64,000 bases of DNA from an uncultured delta proteobacterium (GCA_963713045.1 CAVQKE010000004.1:1152001-1216000); one strand, 5' to 3'; shown: positions 1 to 11,713, counted from the first letter of the stretch. Notes: generated from the sequence alone by a model not told the origin. Made by a program: numbers and translations.

Positions 1-73
1 GTCCGAGACGTCGGAGCGCCCGCGCTTGCGGTGGCGGGGTTGGTGTCAAACGGGTCTCCAAGGATTTGACACG

Positions 74-1945
74 ATGGCACTGCTTAACTGGCTTCTCGGT
101 CGACCGCTCTCCTCGGAGGAGGAGGAGCACCACCACATCGGACTCCTGGCGGGAGTCCCGGTGCTCGGGCTCGACGGCCTGTCCTCGGCGGCCTATGGAC
201 CCGAGGCTCTCCTCACGGTGTTGTTTCCATTGGGCGTTTTGGGCTTGCGCTACGTCGGACCCATCACGGCCCTCATCGTTGGCATCCTGCTGGTCGTTTA
301 CATTTCCTATCGTCAAACGATCTCCGCTTACCCCGCAGGTGGTGGCTCCTACACGGTGGCGAAAGAAAACCTCGGTCAAGGCGTTGGGCTTCTTGCCGGC
401 TCCGCGCTCGCCCTGGACTATGTGCTCAACGTCGCCGTGGGAGTCGCCGCCGGAGTGGGTGCGCTTGTCTCCGCCATCCCATCGCTTCTGCCCCACACAC
501 TGGCGCTGTGCCTCGCCATTCTTACTGCGCTGACGCTCATTAACCTGCGCGGAATCCGCGAGTCGGGGGTTCTCTTTGCATTCCCAACCTATTCGTTCGT
601 CGTGACGCTTGGGGCGGTGGTGGTGGTAGGCATCATCAAGTCGGCGCTCAACCAGGGGCATCCGCTACCCATCGCAGCTCCTCCAACGCCGGGGCCCCCC
701 ATTCAAGCTGTGAGTTTATGGCTCCTCACTCGAGCCTTCGCCAGCGGCTGTACGGCGATGACAGGAATCGAAGCAGTGTCAAACGCAGTTCCAATCTTTC
801 GCAAACCCGCCGTTCAAATGGCGCAGCGAACGCTCAGCGCCATCGTTTTTCTCTTGGCAACGCTCCTCATCGGCATTGCGTATCTCTGCCGGACCTACGG
901 CATCATTGCCACTCAACCAGGAGAGGCTGGATACCAGAGCATCCTGTCGATGTTGGTGGGTGCCATCGTCGGCCGCGGGGCCTTTTATTACGTGGTGATT
1001 GGTTCCGTTGTGGCTGTCCTCGCCCTTTCCGCGAACACCAGCTTTGCGGACTTCCCCCGCCTCTGCCGCATCCTTGCGATGGACCGATTTCTCCCTGGGT
1101 TTTTCGCAGTTCGCGGGCGGCGACTGGTCTTCACGCCAGGGATTCTTTTGTTGGCAGTGTTGTCCGGGGCTCTCCTCGTCGGATTCGATGGAATTACGGA
1201 CCGACTCATTCCCCTGTTCGCCATTGGCGCCTTCCTCGCCTTCACGCTGTCGCAGGCCGGCATGGTGCAGCACTGGCGAAAAATGGGGGCTCGAAAGAAT
1301 CGCGGCTCACTCGTACTAAGTGCAGTTGGTGCTCTGGGCACCGGCCTTACTTTGGTCGTGGTGACGATTTCAAAATTCACCCAAGGAGCGTGGGTCAGCA
1401 TTGTGGCGGTCCTGGTGCTCGTGACCGTGTTTCTTCGGGTGAAGCGCCACTACGCGTGGGTCGCGTCGCGTATTGAGACCATTGCCCCGTTGGAAATGCC
1501 GCCGGCGCGGCCGCCGATTGCAGTGCTCGCAGCGGGCTCGTGGAACAGAATGACTCAGCTTGGGCTCAAGTTTGCGCTTCGATTAACCGAGGAGGTTTAT
1601 GTCGTCCAGGTGAAGACTGAGACCGGCACCACCGAAGACTTGTCGGACAACTGGGGACTGCTTATTGCTAACCCGGCACACGAAGCTCAAATCCGTCAGC
1701 CGACGTTGGTTATCCTCACTTCGGACTACCGCCAATTTTTCAAGCCCTTCGTCGACTTCGTGGTCCGGCTGTCCAACGACAACTCGGACCGCGACATCGT
1801 CGTTGTCATTCCGGACTTAGTCATGAACCATTGGTACGAGGGACTCCTGCACAATAACCGTGGGGCGTTTCTGCGTTCGCTCTTGCGCACACGCTGCTCA
1901 TCACGAGTTGCGGTGGTCAACACCCCCTTTTACCTGAGGGCGTAA
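74..1945 (+). CDS. APC-family permease (KimA/YdaO-like K+/amino-acid transporter)
   Basis: About 12 hydrophobic segments, motifs DGLSSAAYG, YPAGGGSY and GCTAMTGIEA, cytoplasmic C-domain with LLHNN; ATG at 74. Confidence 0.88.
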   Translation: MALLNWLLGRPLSSEEEEHHHIGLLAGVPVLGLDGLSSAAYGPEALLTVLFPLGVLGLRYVGPITALIVGILLVVYISYRQTISAYPAGGGSYTVAKENLGQGVGLLAGSALALDYVLNVAVGVAAGVGALVSAIPSLLPHTLALCLAILTALTLINLRGIRESGVLFAFPTYSFVVTLGAVVVVGIIKSALNQGHPLPIAAPPTPGPPIQAVSLWLLTRAFASGCTAMTGIEAVSNAVPIFRKPAVQMAQRTLSAIVFLLATLLIGIAYLCRTYGIIATQPGEAGYQSILSMLVGAIVGRGAFYYVVIGSVVAVLALSANTSFADFPRLCRILAMDRFLPGFFAVRGRRLVFTPGILLLAVLSGALLVGFDGITDRLIPLFAIGAFLAFTLSQAGMVQHWRKMGARKNRGSLVLSAVGALGTGLTLVVVTISKFTQGAWVSIVAVLVLVTVFLRVKRHYAWVASRIETIAPLEMPPARPPIAVLAAGSWNRMTQLGLKFALRLTEEVYVVQVKTETGTTEDLSDNWGLLIANPAHEAQIRQPTLVILTSDYRQFFKPFVDFVVRLSNDNSDRDIVVVIPDLVMNHWYEGLLHNNRGAFLRSLLRTRCSSRVAVVNTPFYLRA

Positions 1946-2253
1946 CCCGTGGAACGCCTCGCCGGCGTCTCTAGAGATGAGATGCGGGAACAATGCTCGA
2001 CCCCCTAGGGGGATGACGTGAAACCTTGGGATGAGTTCAGTGAGTGCGGACAAACGCAACGTCGGCGTCGCCGCAGAGAAGGGCCCGCTCCGCTGCCTGC
2101 TCGCGGCACTCTCGACCTGCGGCACACGCTCTCCATGGCCTTCAGAGGCCAACGCTCATGATTGAAGCCCACGGCTGCCGGCTGTCGCGCGTGGCTCGGC
2201 TCCAATGAGCGGGCGCTCCGCATCCGTCACCGTCGGAAGGAAGCGCAGGACTC

Positions 2254-2420
2254 TAGCGCGTTGAAGCTGTCGGGCGGCCACTTCGTCGCGCACGACCTTC
2301 GCCGTTTTTGGGCGAGCCCCGCCACCAGGCTCGGCGTCGATGCCGTCGTCGCCGACTCGCAACTCCAGCACCAGCTGGGCAAGCGCCGAGGACTCTCCGA
2401 CGTCGCCGCTTCCCGATGGT
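2254..2420 (+). pseudogene. Tyrosine recombinase/integrase C-terminal relic
   Basis: Translation FVAHDLRRFWAS...LGVDAVVADSQLQHQLG carries the HxxR and second-His motifs; no N-terminal part and no catalytic Tyr visible. Confidence 0.5.
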
Positions 2421-2913
2421 CGCACCGCGAAGAACCTTCCGCGAATCGGGGGACGCAGGAAGCAGTGGTCTATCCCCGGCCACGGTTTTGGACTCTGGTT
2501 TCGCCTGGAGCTTCGGTGCTTGCGACATCTTCGTGGGGTCGTCTCCGGTAGCGAAGGTTCTCCACGGGAGGAGTACCCCATCCACGGACCAAACGTCGCT
2601 ATCCTCCAGGCCCTTCGAGCCTCTGTTCGAGGCGGCCCAATAACGCGGGTCAGGTTTCGAGAAGGAATCTCAGAGCAACTCTGACGCTCAACTGTTGGGA
2701 GAATCCGATTTAAAACCCCGGCCCAGAGTGCGCAGTCATCAGATTCAGCGCCGCGCGGCACTGGCGCGAGCACGTGGACCAAGCTGCACGCGGCTCTCGC
2801 GCGAGTAGTGGTGCTCGACGGCCTTACCTTCCTCAACGCGGGTGCGACAACATGTCGCATGGGCTTCCCGAGGGTTTGGAACGAGAAGAGCCCTCTGGCG
2901 TTGGAGGGACGGG

Positions 2914-3846
2914 ATGCCCAAGCTGCCGCTTCAGGCGAGAGTCATCGCAGGCACACTGTGCTTGGCGCTTCTCCTGACAGGGAGGCCGGCCTGGGCTTGT
3001 GCCTGCGGGTGCGGTGTCTTCGAGGTGGGGTCCATGCAGATGCTACCCATGGACCAAGGGCTGGCCATCTACTTCGAATACGACTTCCTGGACCAGAACC
3101 AGAACTGGTCGAGTACGTCCGCAGCGCCGGCGGCCGACAATCCTGACAAGCAACTCCACACCGACTTTTTCACGCTCGGGGTTCAGTACCTCTTCAACCG
3201 AACCTGGGGAGTGATGGTGCAACTGCCTTACTGGGACCGCCGCTTCGTCACTACCGCCGACGATGGGAGCATCGTCAGCCTGCATTCAGGTTCTATCGGT
3301 GACATTCGACTCGAAGGAATCTATGCCGGCTTCTCTGACGACATGACCACTGGCATCACATTTGGGCTGAAACTTCCGACCGGCCAATGGAAGGCACAGG
3401 GATTCGATCGAGACTCACAAATTGGCAGCGGGAGCGTCGACCTCCTGTTGGGCATTTATCACGTCGGCGCCCTGACGAAGGGCAATCTGCTCAGTTGGTT
3501 TGTCCGCGGAAAGCTCGACGTTCCGTTTGCCTACCAGGGCGGGTACATACCAGGCAACGAGTTTGACGCGTCGCTGGGCGCCTACGTCAACGGCGTAATC
3601 AGCAGCACAGTGAAGATCTCACCGGTTTTCCAAGTGATTGGGTCCTATCGAATGCCTGACTCGGGGCCGGCGGCGGACTCACTGAATAGCGGCTACGTTC
3701 GAGTGCTTCTTTCGCCCGGCGTCGAGGTCAACGTCAGCAACTTTAGCTTCTACACGGACTTCGAATTCCCCGTGTACCAAAACGTGAACGGAAACCAACT
3801 GGTCGCCTCGTTTCTCTTTAAGGCTGTCGTAGCTTACTTCTTCTAG
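2914..3846 (+). CDS. Outer-membrane/transporter-like exported protein with N-terminal CACGC motif
   Basis: GGAGG RBS before ATG 2914, signal peptide ending PAWA, CACGCGVF, amphipathic strands, GLKLPTG, terminal aromatic residues (AYFF). Confidence 0.65.
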   Translation: MPKLPLQARVIAGTLCLALLLTGRPAWACACGCGVFEVGSMQMLPMDQGLAIYFEYDFLDQNQNWSSTSAAPAADNPDKQLHTDFFTLGVQYLFNRTWGVMVQLPYWDRRFVTTADDGSIVSLHSGSIGDIRLEGIYAGFSDDMTTGITFGLKLPTGQWKAQGFDRDSQIGSGSVDLLLGIYHVGALTKGNLLSWFVRGKLDVPFAYQGGYIPGNEFDASLGAYVNGVISSTVKISPVFQVIGSYRMPDSGPAADSLNSGYVRVLLSPGVEVNVSNFSFYTDFEFPVYQNVNGNQLVASFLFKAVVAYFF

Positions 3847-3856
3847 CGGGGCAGAC

Positions 3857-4367
3857 ATGAAGCGCGGGGCTGCGGCATGCATCGGGGTGATACTGGCGAC
3901 GAGCCTGGCCTATGGAGCAGCAGACGTGGGGAGCCCGGCACCGGCCCTCGTGCTCAGAACGCTCGATGGTGCGGTGTTCGACTTGGCGGGTCACCGAGGA
4001 CGGGTCGTCCTCGTTAACTTCTGGACCACTTGGTGCACTCCCTGTCGCCAGGAGATGCCGACGCTCGATGCCGTTTACCGGCGACATCGGGCTGATGGTT
4101 TGGACGTCGTCGGTGTTAGCGCAGACCGGCCTCGGCATCGGGACGACGTGATGCAGGTGATGCGGTCATTCGCCTATCCCGCCGGACTCGTTTCCGACGC
4201 GAATCCGAACGGTTTCGGGAGCCCCGACGCGCTCCCTGTCACTTACGTCATTGACGGAGGAGGCATCGTTCGCGCGCGGCTCTCTTGATCATCCCGCCAG
4301 TGAGGCGGAATTGGAGGCCATCCTTCGCCCGCTCCTGGCGCACCAAGCGCCGACCGCTTCGCCATGA
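3857..4367 (+). CDS. TlpA-family thiol-disulfide reductase (frameshift near 4285)
   Basis: VNFWTTWCTPCRQEMP and LPVTYVID motifs; expected C-terminal helix (SEAELEAILRPLL) continues in the +1 frame after the premature TGA at 4286-4288. Confidence 0.85.
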
Positions 4368-5110
4368 ACAAAGCTAACTAGGTGGGGAATACCATCGCCC
4401 CGATGGACGAAGGCACCCGTCAGAGCATTCCTACTGGTGCGCGCGGGCTTGGGCGTGCGGTCAGGGAATGCCGACGAGCTGTGATGGGGTGCGGTCGGGG
4501 GCGCCAGTCGCTTCGGACCAGCAGCTGACAGACCGTTCCACCAGCTGGGACACCACCCCTCCTTTTCCGGCTGGCGGAGGTGCTTGGTCCGAGCCCCATT
4601 GACCCCAGCTTTTATGGTCCCGGGCATCGCTGCTTGAAGCTACGCGATCGGGCGGTCGCTAACTCACCGCCACCGCGTCACCGAGGAAGTACGGGCTTTC
4701 GTCCTCAGGCGGATGGACGTTCTGCGGATAAAACGTCTCGAGTTGTGCCAACGACTCGGCGACAACTGGTTCAGCGTGTGGGGGTGCCTCAGCGGGCTCG
4801 AGCTGGCGTCCGTCGACTTCCTCGACCGAATCTCGCCACGGTGTTTCAGGCTCGCGAGTTCGCTGAGCTCGGGCACGCGACGCTGCCGGCATTTCCCCGG
4901 GGGGCCACCCTGAGGCCGCGCAACCGCCACCTCGGCCCAGATGCGCCAGCGCCCCGGCGCGTCTGTGCACCCGGACCGATCATCGCAACGGTCCCCGCGC
5001 GCACCCTTGGCAAAGGGAGCGCGGTGGCGGTCGTCGGTGTTTCGGCCCCACATGACGCACAGATGTACGCTTGGGGTTGGACAATCTCACATCGCATCTG
5101 GCTCGCCGCT

Positions 5111-5521
5111 ATGTCAGCGTCCGGTCTCCCCTTGGAAACCGCACGCACACAGCTCTTGGTCGTCGACGACCAACAGTTTTTCGCTGGATTCCTCCAGGAG
5201 AAGCTTCAAGAGAGGGGCTACTCGGTGGCAACGGCGAAGGACGCGCCGACGGCACTGGCGCTCGTCCTGCAAGGGAGCGCGCCATTGGTTGTTCTTCTGG
5301 ACCTGATGCTACCGGGGGTGAGCGGGCTCCAGTTCCTTCGCGAGCTATCCAGAACTCCTAGGGCGCCCCTGACTCGCGTGGTTCTCGTCTCCGCCCATCA
5401 CACGGTCGAGGCCGCCGCAGCAGCTCATCCACTGGTCATCGGACGAATGCAAAAGCCGGTGGACCTGGGGGAGCTAGCCCGACTGGTGGGCAGAGCAGTT
5501 GCCGACCTCCGCGAGCGCTAA
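5111..5521 (+). CDS. Single-domain response regulator (receiver)
   Basis: LLVVDD, LLDLMLPGVSG, VSAH and QKPVDL motifs. Confidence 0.9.
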   Translation: MSASGLPLETARTQLLVVDDQQFFAGFLQEKLQERGYSVATAKDAPTALALVLQGSAPLVVLLDLMLPGVSGLQFLRELSRTPRAPLTRVVLVSAHHTVEAAAAAHPLVIGRMQKPVDLGELARLVGRAVADLRER

Positions 5522-5632
5522 CACCGCCGCATTCCTGCCGCTTCTTCGGGCGAAAGCACGGCACCGGTAGAGCGCTGAAGGTCAATGTCGTTCCGCCTGG
5601 CGAGCGAGTCCCCAACCCCAGGCACATCACCG

Positions 5633-7867
5633 TCAGGGGTTGCTGTCAGAGCGCGCCTTGGCGGGCAACGTGCCCACCATCGGTGTCAGGTCTGGACCGG
5701 CCCACGGCCACGACGTGCCAGAGGGCCACCAGCCGGGCTTCGTCTGGAGATAGAGCGACGGCGGAAGAGTCTGAGATGCGCCTGCCGGATTCCAGACAGT
5801 GGCATTGTGGACGGTATCGAAGTTTCCCTGTCGGTAAAGAGAGGTGGTGGCAACATCGGTGGCGCCCGAACCGCCGTTCGCGCCGAGCTCGTAAATCGAG
5901 TACGGGTTGGCGTCGTAGGCCTCGTAGACGGTGCTGAGCCCGGCCATCCCGAGCACGTTGGCGACCACGTTCATGTTGATGTCACCGCCATCGAACTGCA
6001 GGGCCGTCACATTTCCGGTTTGCGTCGCCGTCGACCCGTAGACAGCAGGAGGGGCGAAGTAACTCGACGAGTAGTTCCTGAAATAGGTGAGGTATCCGGC
6101 ATTGCCGTGGGTGTTCGAGGCGCCGATGTGCGGGGCGTAATTGCCCTCCATCAGTTCCATGTGCGGGAAGGAGCAGTGACAGTCGATGTTGACCTCCTGC
6201 CAGGCAGGCGGCGTCGACCAGGAGTTGTCCGCATAGTTGTAGGCCACCACGTTGCCGCCGCCGGAGGCATTGAAGAGGATGGGTTTATTCATGTACCGAA
6301 CGATGTTGTTCTCGATGAGGTTGTCGGCGGCTCCGCAGCGCAAGACGATGCCATAGCAGTCCGTGCCGAACCCGTAGTTGGCGGAATTATGAATGAAGCT
6401 GTCGCGCACCACGCACCGGTAGGTGCCGGTGAGGGTCACGTGCATCCCACCGATGGTGCCGTCGGTCTGAACGTCCTTGACCCAGCAATAGGCCGCGTTG
6501 GAGATGTCGATTCCGCCGGCCATGGCCCCGTCGTAGCTGGGGTTCGTCCCGCCCTCGATGCGGAGGTGTTCTATCCCAGCCCACCAGGTGGTCGTCGCGG
6601 CAGCGGGCGTCACTTGGGCCAGGTATGGGCTGCCCGAAGGAAAGTTCCAGTGAAGGGGCGAGCTCAGGGTCAACGTGCCATTGGCACTGTCGACGGCTTG
6701 GACTTCGACGCGTTGGCTGGCCGATCGGCCGCTGACCCGTTTGAAGTAGGTGCAATCGCCTTGTTGGATGGTGCTGTCGTCAACCACGTCCACCAGTGCG
6801 AGAGAACCGGGAAGGAAGTTCGCGGTGGCCGAGCCCACTGAGAGCGTCGTCGTTTCCTTGACCCCGTCCTGGGTCAATCCATATGGCGTCCCGCCGTAAC
6901 AAGTGGCGTCGCGAGCAGTGCCGATGGCGAGGACGGTTCCCCCGCCAGTCTTCACGATGGTGGTGCCCGTTGGGCCACCCTGGTAACCAGCCCCACGAAG
7001 AACGATGCCCGTGGTGAGCGTGACGGTTGACGACACCGAAAAGGTCCCGGCGGTGAGCTGCACCACCTGGCCGGCGGGGCAGGCGTCAATTGCCGCTTGG
7101 ATATTGTCTGACGGAGAAACCGTGGCACAGATGGTTGTGCGCTGTGGGATGCCGTCGGAACCGAGGGGCAGTGCAAGTTGGCCGTCGGCAAGAATGCCTG
7201 GGTTCCACGCCGTGCGGCGATCCGCCGGGACAATGTCGGTCGAGCCACCGTCTGCGGAAGTGACGAGGACGGCTGCGGAAGCTGTCCGGCTGGTGTCGGC
7301 GACGCTCGTCGCGACGACGTGGTAGGTGCCAGTGGACGCTGGCGCAGTGTACTGACCGTTTGCGTCGACGACGCCTCCATTCGCTTCCTGGACCGACCAG
7401 GTGACAGCGTTGGACTGTGACCCGGTAGTCCCGGTGACGGTTGCCGTGAAAGCGACCGTCCCACTGGGAACCGTGGACGCCGACGACGGGCTGATGAAGA
7501 CGGTGACTTGGAGTTGGCTGACAACCATCACGGTGGCGACGCCGCTGCGAGACGGGTCGGCGACACTGGTGGCAACCACGTGGAAGGTTCCGAGCCCGTT
7601 GGGCGCGGTGTAGTGGCCTGTGCCGTCGACGGTGCCACCATTCGCCTCACGGACCGACCAGGTGACCCGGGTGTCGGCAGTGCCGGAGACGGCAGTCGAA
7701 AATGCTACCGGTTCACCCGGCAGGACCTGCGCTTCGGGTGGCGTGACGCTGACGGCGATGGAAGCGTCTGCCTGACTCGCTAACCCAACGGTCCCGCTGC
7801 ACGCGGTCGCGACGGCGATGGTCAACACCGCAACAACTCGAAGAACGGTGGCGCAGGTCCAATTCAC
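5633..7867 (-). CDS. Lipoprotein with two Ig-like repeats and a pectin-lyase-like parallel beta-helix domain
   Basis: Lipobox-like ATAC; two VTWSVxEANGGxVDxxGxYTAP...GTxHVVATSVAD repeats; IQAAIDAC...GIVLRGAG and ADNLIENN beta-helix signatures. Confidence 0.75.
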   Translation of the reverse strand: MNWTCATVLRVVAVLTIAVATACSGTVGLASQADASIAVSVTPPEAQVLPGEPVAFSTAVSGTADTRVTWSVREANGGTVDGTGHYTAPNGLGTFHVVATSVADPSRSGVATVMVVSQLQVTVFISPSSASTVPSGTVAFTATVTGTTGSQSNAVTWSVQEANGGVVDANGQYTAPASTGTYHVVATSVADTSRTASAAVLVTSADGGSTDIVPADRRTAWNPGILADGQLALPLGSDGIPQRTTICATVSPSDNIQAAIDACPAGQVVQLTAGTFSVSSTVTLTTGIVLRGAGYQGGPTGTTIVKTGGGTVLAIGTARDATCYGGTPYGLTQDGVKETTTLSVGSATANFLPGSLALVDVVDDSTIQQGDCTYFKRVSGRSASQRVEVQAVDSANGTLTLSSPLHWNFPSGSPYLAQVTPAAATTTWWAGIEHLRIEGGTNPSYDGAMAGGIDISNAAYCWVKDVQTDGTIGGMHVTLTGTYRCVVRDSFIHNSANYGFGTDCYGIVLRCGAADNLIENNIVRYMNKPILFNASGGGNVVAYNYADNSWSTPPAWQEVNIDCHCSFPHMELMEGNYAPHIGASNTHGNAGYLTYFRNYSSSYFAPPAVYGSTATQTGNVTALQFDGGDINMNVVANVLGMAGLSTVYEAYDANPYSIYELGANGGSGATDVATTSLYRQGNFDTVHNATVWNPAGASQTLPPSLYLQTKPGWWPSGTSWPWAGPDLTPMVGTLPAKARSDSNP

Positions 7868-8202
7868 GAAGGCGGGTATCCGGAGCAGAAACGGAAGAGA
7901 CGTCGGAGGCGGACTCTACGCCACCGCCCCGAGACAACTCTCATCCTAAAGCCAAGTGACTTGTCGGAGCGGGCCGCGTCAAGTAGCCGATGTATGAAAC
8001 GGCCCCACGCCTTGAATCCTCTGGCGTTAGACGGACCCGTCAAGCTCCCTGTGACGACTGGTGAACTCAAGGAGCCGTGAGACATGGACGGAGGGTCGCA
8101 AAGGCCGCCTGAGGAGCGAGCTGGGTTGGTGGCGCCGGCTTGGGATTCCCCGTTCGAGCGTCCCAAGACGCCCACGCATCCTGGCTACGTCCAACTGTCG
8201 CA

Positions 8203-8450
8203 TCAGCGCAGGTCGTCGGAAGGGCCACCGCCACCATCGCCAGACGGCCACGGCCACCTTTCGCGGTCTCTAATCTTCTCTCGGAGGGCCGCCGCCGCGT
8301 TGGCAGCCTGCTCAACGTACTCAGCGGCCATTACCGCAGTGCGGGAGTGCTTTCTGAGGTCGCCGGCCACGAGCCGTAAACGCTCGGCATCGTCCATTGT
8401 CTTGTCGATGTCGTCCGCATCTCGCTTCGTGAAGGGCAGCTTTTTGGCAC
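8203..8450 (-). CDS. Small hypothetical protein (probable homopolymer frameshift near 8443)
   Basis: GTG CCA AAA(A) start joins the 64-aa helical ORF if one A is restored. Confidence 0.3.
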
Positions 8451-8725
8451 GCGGTGGCGGACAATGCTCAGCTGCCCGCTACCCGCTCGTGCCTCGATGA
8501 CGGCCCCTCTAGTCCCATCGCGGCAGCTCCGGCCTAGGTTTTCGGCCACCGGTCCGAGCCTCGATTGGCGGAGGCAAGGCACGGCTCAGGGGCCCCCCTG
8601 AAGTGGAGAAAATGTAGGCCGCCTGGTGGATGTGACGTTCCTTCCCCGGGCCCCCAGGGTTTGCTACCGAGCACTGAAAGAGCGTCGCTTTGGTGTAGGG
8701 GTAGACATGTCCTTCCGAAAGGTCG

Positions 8726-9745
8726 GTGATGAAGGTCTCGCCCAAAGCAGTTGTCGTTCTCGTCGTCGTCGTCGCAGCGGTCGCCCTCAGCGCATGGCTC
8801 GTTTTCTCTGGCCGCATCGCAGCTCGAGCTGAGCCGTCCAACTCGCTGACCCTGTACGGGAACGTGGACGTCCGCCAAGTCGAGCTTGGATTCCGTGTTG
8901 CAGGGCGGTTGAAAACATTGGCCTTCGAAGAGGGCCAGGCGGTCCGGGCCGGCACGCTGATGGCCACACTGGATGCGCAGCCGTTCGAAGATGAGCTCCA
9001 CGTCACCGAAGCGGACGTTGCGGCGCAAGACGCCAACCTCAAGAAACTCATGGCCGGCAACCGCGCCCCCGAAATCGCCAAGGCGCGCGCCGCGGTGGAC
9101 GAGGCGGTGGCCTCCGAGCAGAACGCTCATGCGTTGCTTAGCCGAGCGCAGATGCTTCTCGACGCCGGTGCCATGCCGCCGTCGACGTACGACGACGCGG
9201 TGGCGGCCAGTCGGGTCGCCGATGCCCGCTTGGCCTCAGCATCGGAAGAGCATCGGCTGCTCGTCCAAGGGTTCCGCTCCGAGGACATTTCGGCAGGGAG
9301 GGCGCTTCTCGAGGCCGCTCGTGCGCGGGTGAATACTGCCCAAACTGCGCTTGCAGATACGCGCCTGGTAGCGCCATCGGATGGTGTGGTCATCACCCGC
9401 GTGCGAGAGCCAGGTGCCATCGTCTCTCCAAACGACGTCGTTTACGTCGTTTCCCTCACCCAGTCGGTGTGGGTCCGCGCGTACGTTGCCGAGCCGCAGC
9501 TGGGAAAGTTGCGCCTCGGAATGGAGGTGTCAGTCACCTCTGACGCAGCGCCGTCTCATCCAGTGCGCGGACACCTCGGCTTCATTTCTCCGACAGCAGA
9601 ATTCACGCCCAAATCCGTCGAGACTTCCCAGCTGCGAACGGACCTCGTCTACCGCCTGCGCATCGTGGTCGACGAGCCGGACGCGACCCTGCACCAGGGC
9701 ATGCCAGTGACCGTACACATTCAGACTGGTGGCCCCGGAGCATGA
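8726..9745 (+). CDS. ybhG: HlyD-family membrane fusion protein (YbhG-like)
   Basis: LYGNVDVRQVELGFRVAGR, ISPTAEFTPKSVET...RTDLVYRLRI, QGMPVTV; stop overlaps the next start. Confidence 0.9.
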   Translation: MMKVSPKAVVVLVVVVAAVALSAWLVFSGRIAARAEPSNSLTLYGNVDVRQVELGFRVAGRLKTLAFEEGQAVRAGTLMATLDAQPFEDELHVTEADVAAQDANLKKLMAGNRAPEIAKARAAVDEAVASEQNAHALLSRAQMLLDAGAMPPSTYDDAVAASRVADARLASASEEHRLLVQGFRSEDISAGRALLEAARARVNTAQTALADTRLVAPSDGVVITRVREPGAIVSPNDVVYVVSLTQSVWVRAYVAEPQLGKLRLGMEVSVTSDAAPSHPVRGHLGFISPTAEFTPKSVETSQLRTDLVYRLRIVVDEPDATLHQGMPVTVHIQTGGPGA

Positions 9746-11202
9746 GGAAAGAACTGGTCCGACTGGATGCAGTCACAAAACGCTTCGGCGACGGAGCCCC
9801 GGCGCTCGATGCGTTGACGGGTGTTGTCTCAGCCGGCGCCATCACAGGCTTGGTTGGACCGGACGGTGCAGGGAAGACCACGCTCATTCGCCTCATGGCG
9901 GGACTGTTGACGGCCGAAAGTGGCTCGCTCCAGGTGCTGGGCTTCAACCCAGCCCTCCAGGCTTCCTTCATTCACACCGCCATCGGCTACATGCCCCAGC
10001 GCTTCGGCCTCTACGAGGACCTGACGGTCGAGGAGAACCTCACACTGTACGCAGACCTTCGCGCGCTTCCTCGCGCCGAACGTCCAGCCGTCTTCGACGA
10101 ACTCTTAACTTTCACCGACCTCCGCAGCTTTACCACGCGTCCCGCGGGCAAGCTCTCGGGCGGCATGAAGCAGAAGCTCGGGCTGGCCTGTGCTCTCATC
10201 CGAAAACCGCGTCTCTTGCTCCTGGATGAGCCCAGCGTAGGGGTCGACCCCATCTCTCGCCGCGAGCTGTGGCGCATGGTCAGTGCCCTGAAGAACGAGG
10301 GAGTTGGCGTCGTTTGGTCCACGGCGTACCTCGACGAGGCCGAGGCCTGCGACCACGTCCTCCTTCTGAACGCGGGCAAGCTGCTCTTCGACGGGCAACC
10401 GAGCGAACTCACTCGAAGAACCCAAGGGCGCGTGTTTCGGATGGTCGACATCGAAGGAAGGCGTCGGCCAGCTCTTGCAGCGACACTCGCACTTCCCGAG
10501 GTCATCGACGGCGTCGTGCAAGGAAGCGCGATTCGGATTGTCTTGCGCGACGCTGCAGTCCTCCCCACACCGCCCAGGGAAGCTGGACCGCACGCCAGGC
10601 TGGTGCCGGCGCCGCCGCGCTTCGAGGACTCCTTCGTCGACATTCTGGGCGGAGGTCCGGGCGGCGAATCCAAGTTGGCGCAAGGCCTTGAGAGCAAAGC
10701 TGGCAGCGACGCGCCCGTCATTCAAGCGCGCTCACTCACCAAACGCTTCGGCGACTTCACTGCAGCCTCAGACATCTCCTTCACCGTCTCGCGCGGCGAG
10801 ATTTTGGGCTACTGGGCCCCAATGGGGCGGGCAAGTCGACAACCTTCCGGATGCTCTGCGGCCTGCTCAAGCCCTCGTCTGGCGAGGGTCGCGTGGCAGG
10901 CATAGACCTGCGTCGCGATACCGCAGGCGCGCGCGGGCGACTTGGCTACATGGCACAAAAGTTCTCGCTCTACGGTGACCTCAGCGCTGGGCAGAACTTG
11001 CGCTTCTTTGCCGGCGTCTACGGTTTGACCGGCGCGCGGAGGCGCCAGCAAATCGAAAAGATGATTGACGCGTTCGCGCTGGATGCCCACCTGGATATGG
11101 CGTCCAGAGAGCTTCCCTTGGGTTTCAAGCAGCGCCTCGCCCTCGCGTGTGCGGTGATGCACGAGCCCGAGGCACTGTTTCTGGATGAGCCCACTTCGGG
11201 TG
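9742..11202 (+). CDS. ybhF: Double-ATPase ABC transporter subunit (YbhF-like), frameshifted near 10810 and truncated at the junction
   Basis: GPDGAGKTT, LSGGMKQKL and LLDEP in domain 1; GPNGAGKST, LPLGFKQRL and LDEPTSG in domain 2, then an abrupt end. Confidence 0.88.
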
Positions 11203-11688
11203 GTCCGGAAGCAGCGATGTAGTATCGAAGGACAGGGCATCAGGCAACATTGGGTAGGTGACGACGCCGGTGTAAACCGAGGTTGTATTTGTGTATGCCT
11301 GTTTGTCGGTCTGCGAGTCTTTTAGGACGTAGGAATCGACGTCGGCAATGCCGACGAGGACACGAATATTGCCGTTATCCAGGCGCTCGGCGTACTCGAT
11401 TTGATCCAGATCCCGCGATTCGACGTTGTCGATGGATGACCATAAGAGCGAGCGAAGATCCTTTGTAGCAGGTGCCGGTGTGTTCAGATGCTTTTCAATG
11501 GCATCGTTCACTTCCTTTAATACGGCCGGAGCGAAATCCGGTTTGAAGTCATTGGCTAGCATCTCGGCGTGTGCTCTGGACGTGAGGTCAATGATTTTGT
11601 GTCCATCGAAATGTTCACCGTGGCTGCCGCCGCTGGTTTTGCTCTGTTTCTTCCAACCAGGATTTTGTTTCGACGCCTTTTTCATCAT
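11203..11688 (-). CDS. RNB-domain ribonuclease (RNase II/R family), 3' part missing
   Basis: SIDNVESRDLDQ, VGIADV and TSVYTG...PMLP motifs; runs into the junction. Confidence 0.88.
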
Positions 11689-11713
11689 GCACTTCCGTCT
11701 CGAGGAGATTCAA

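Noticed and set aside
4286..4288. Selenocysteine readthrough of TGA in TlpA
   Set aside because: The TGA is not at the CxxC site and the homologous tail lies in another frame, so an indel explains it
5585..6841. 418-aa plus-strand ORF (also 23211..24734 and similar long overlapping ORFs)
   Set aside because: Shadow frames of GC-rich real genes, with no motifs
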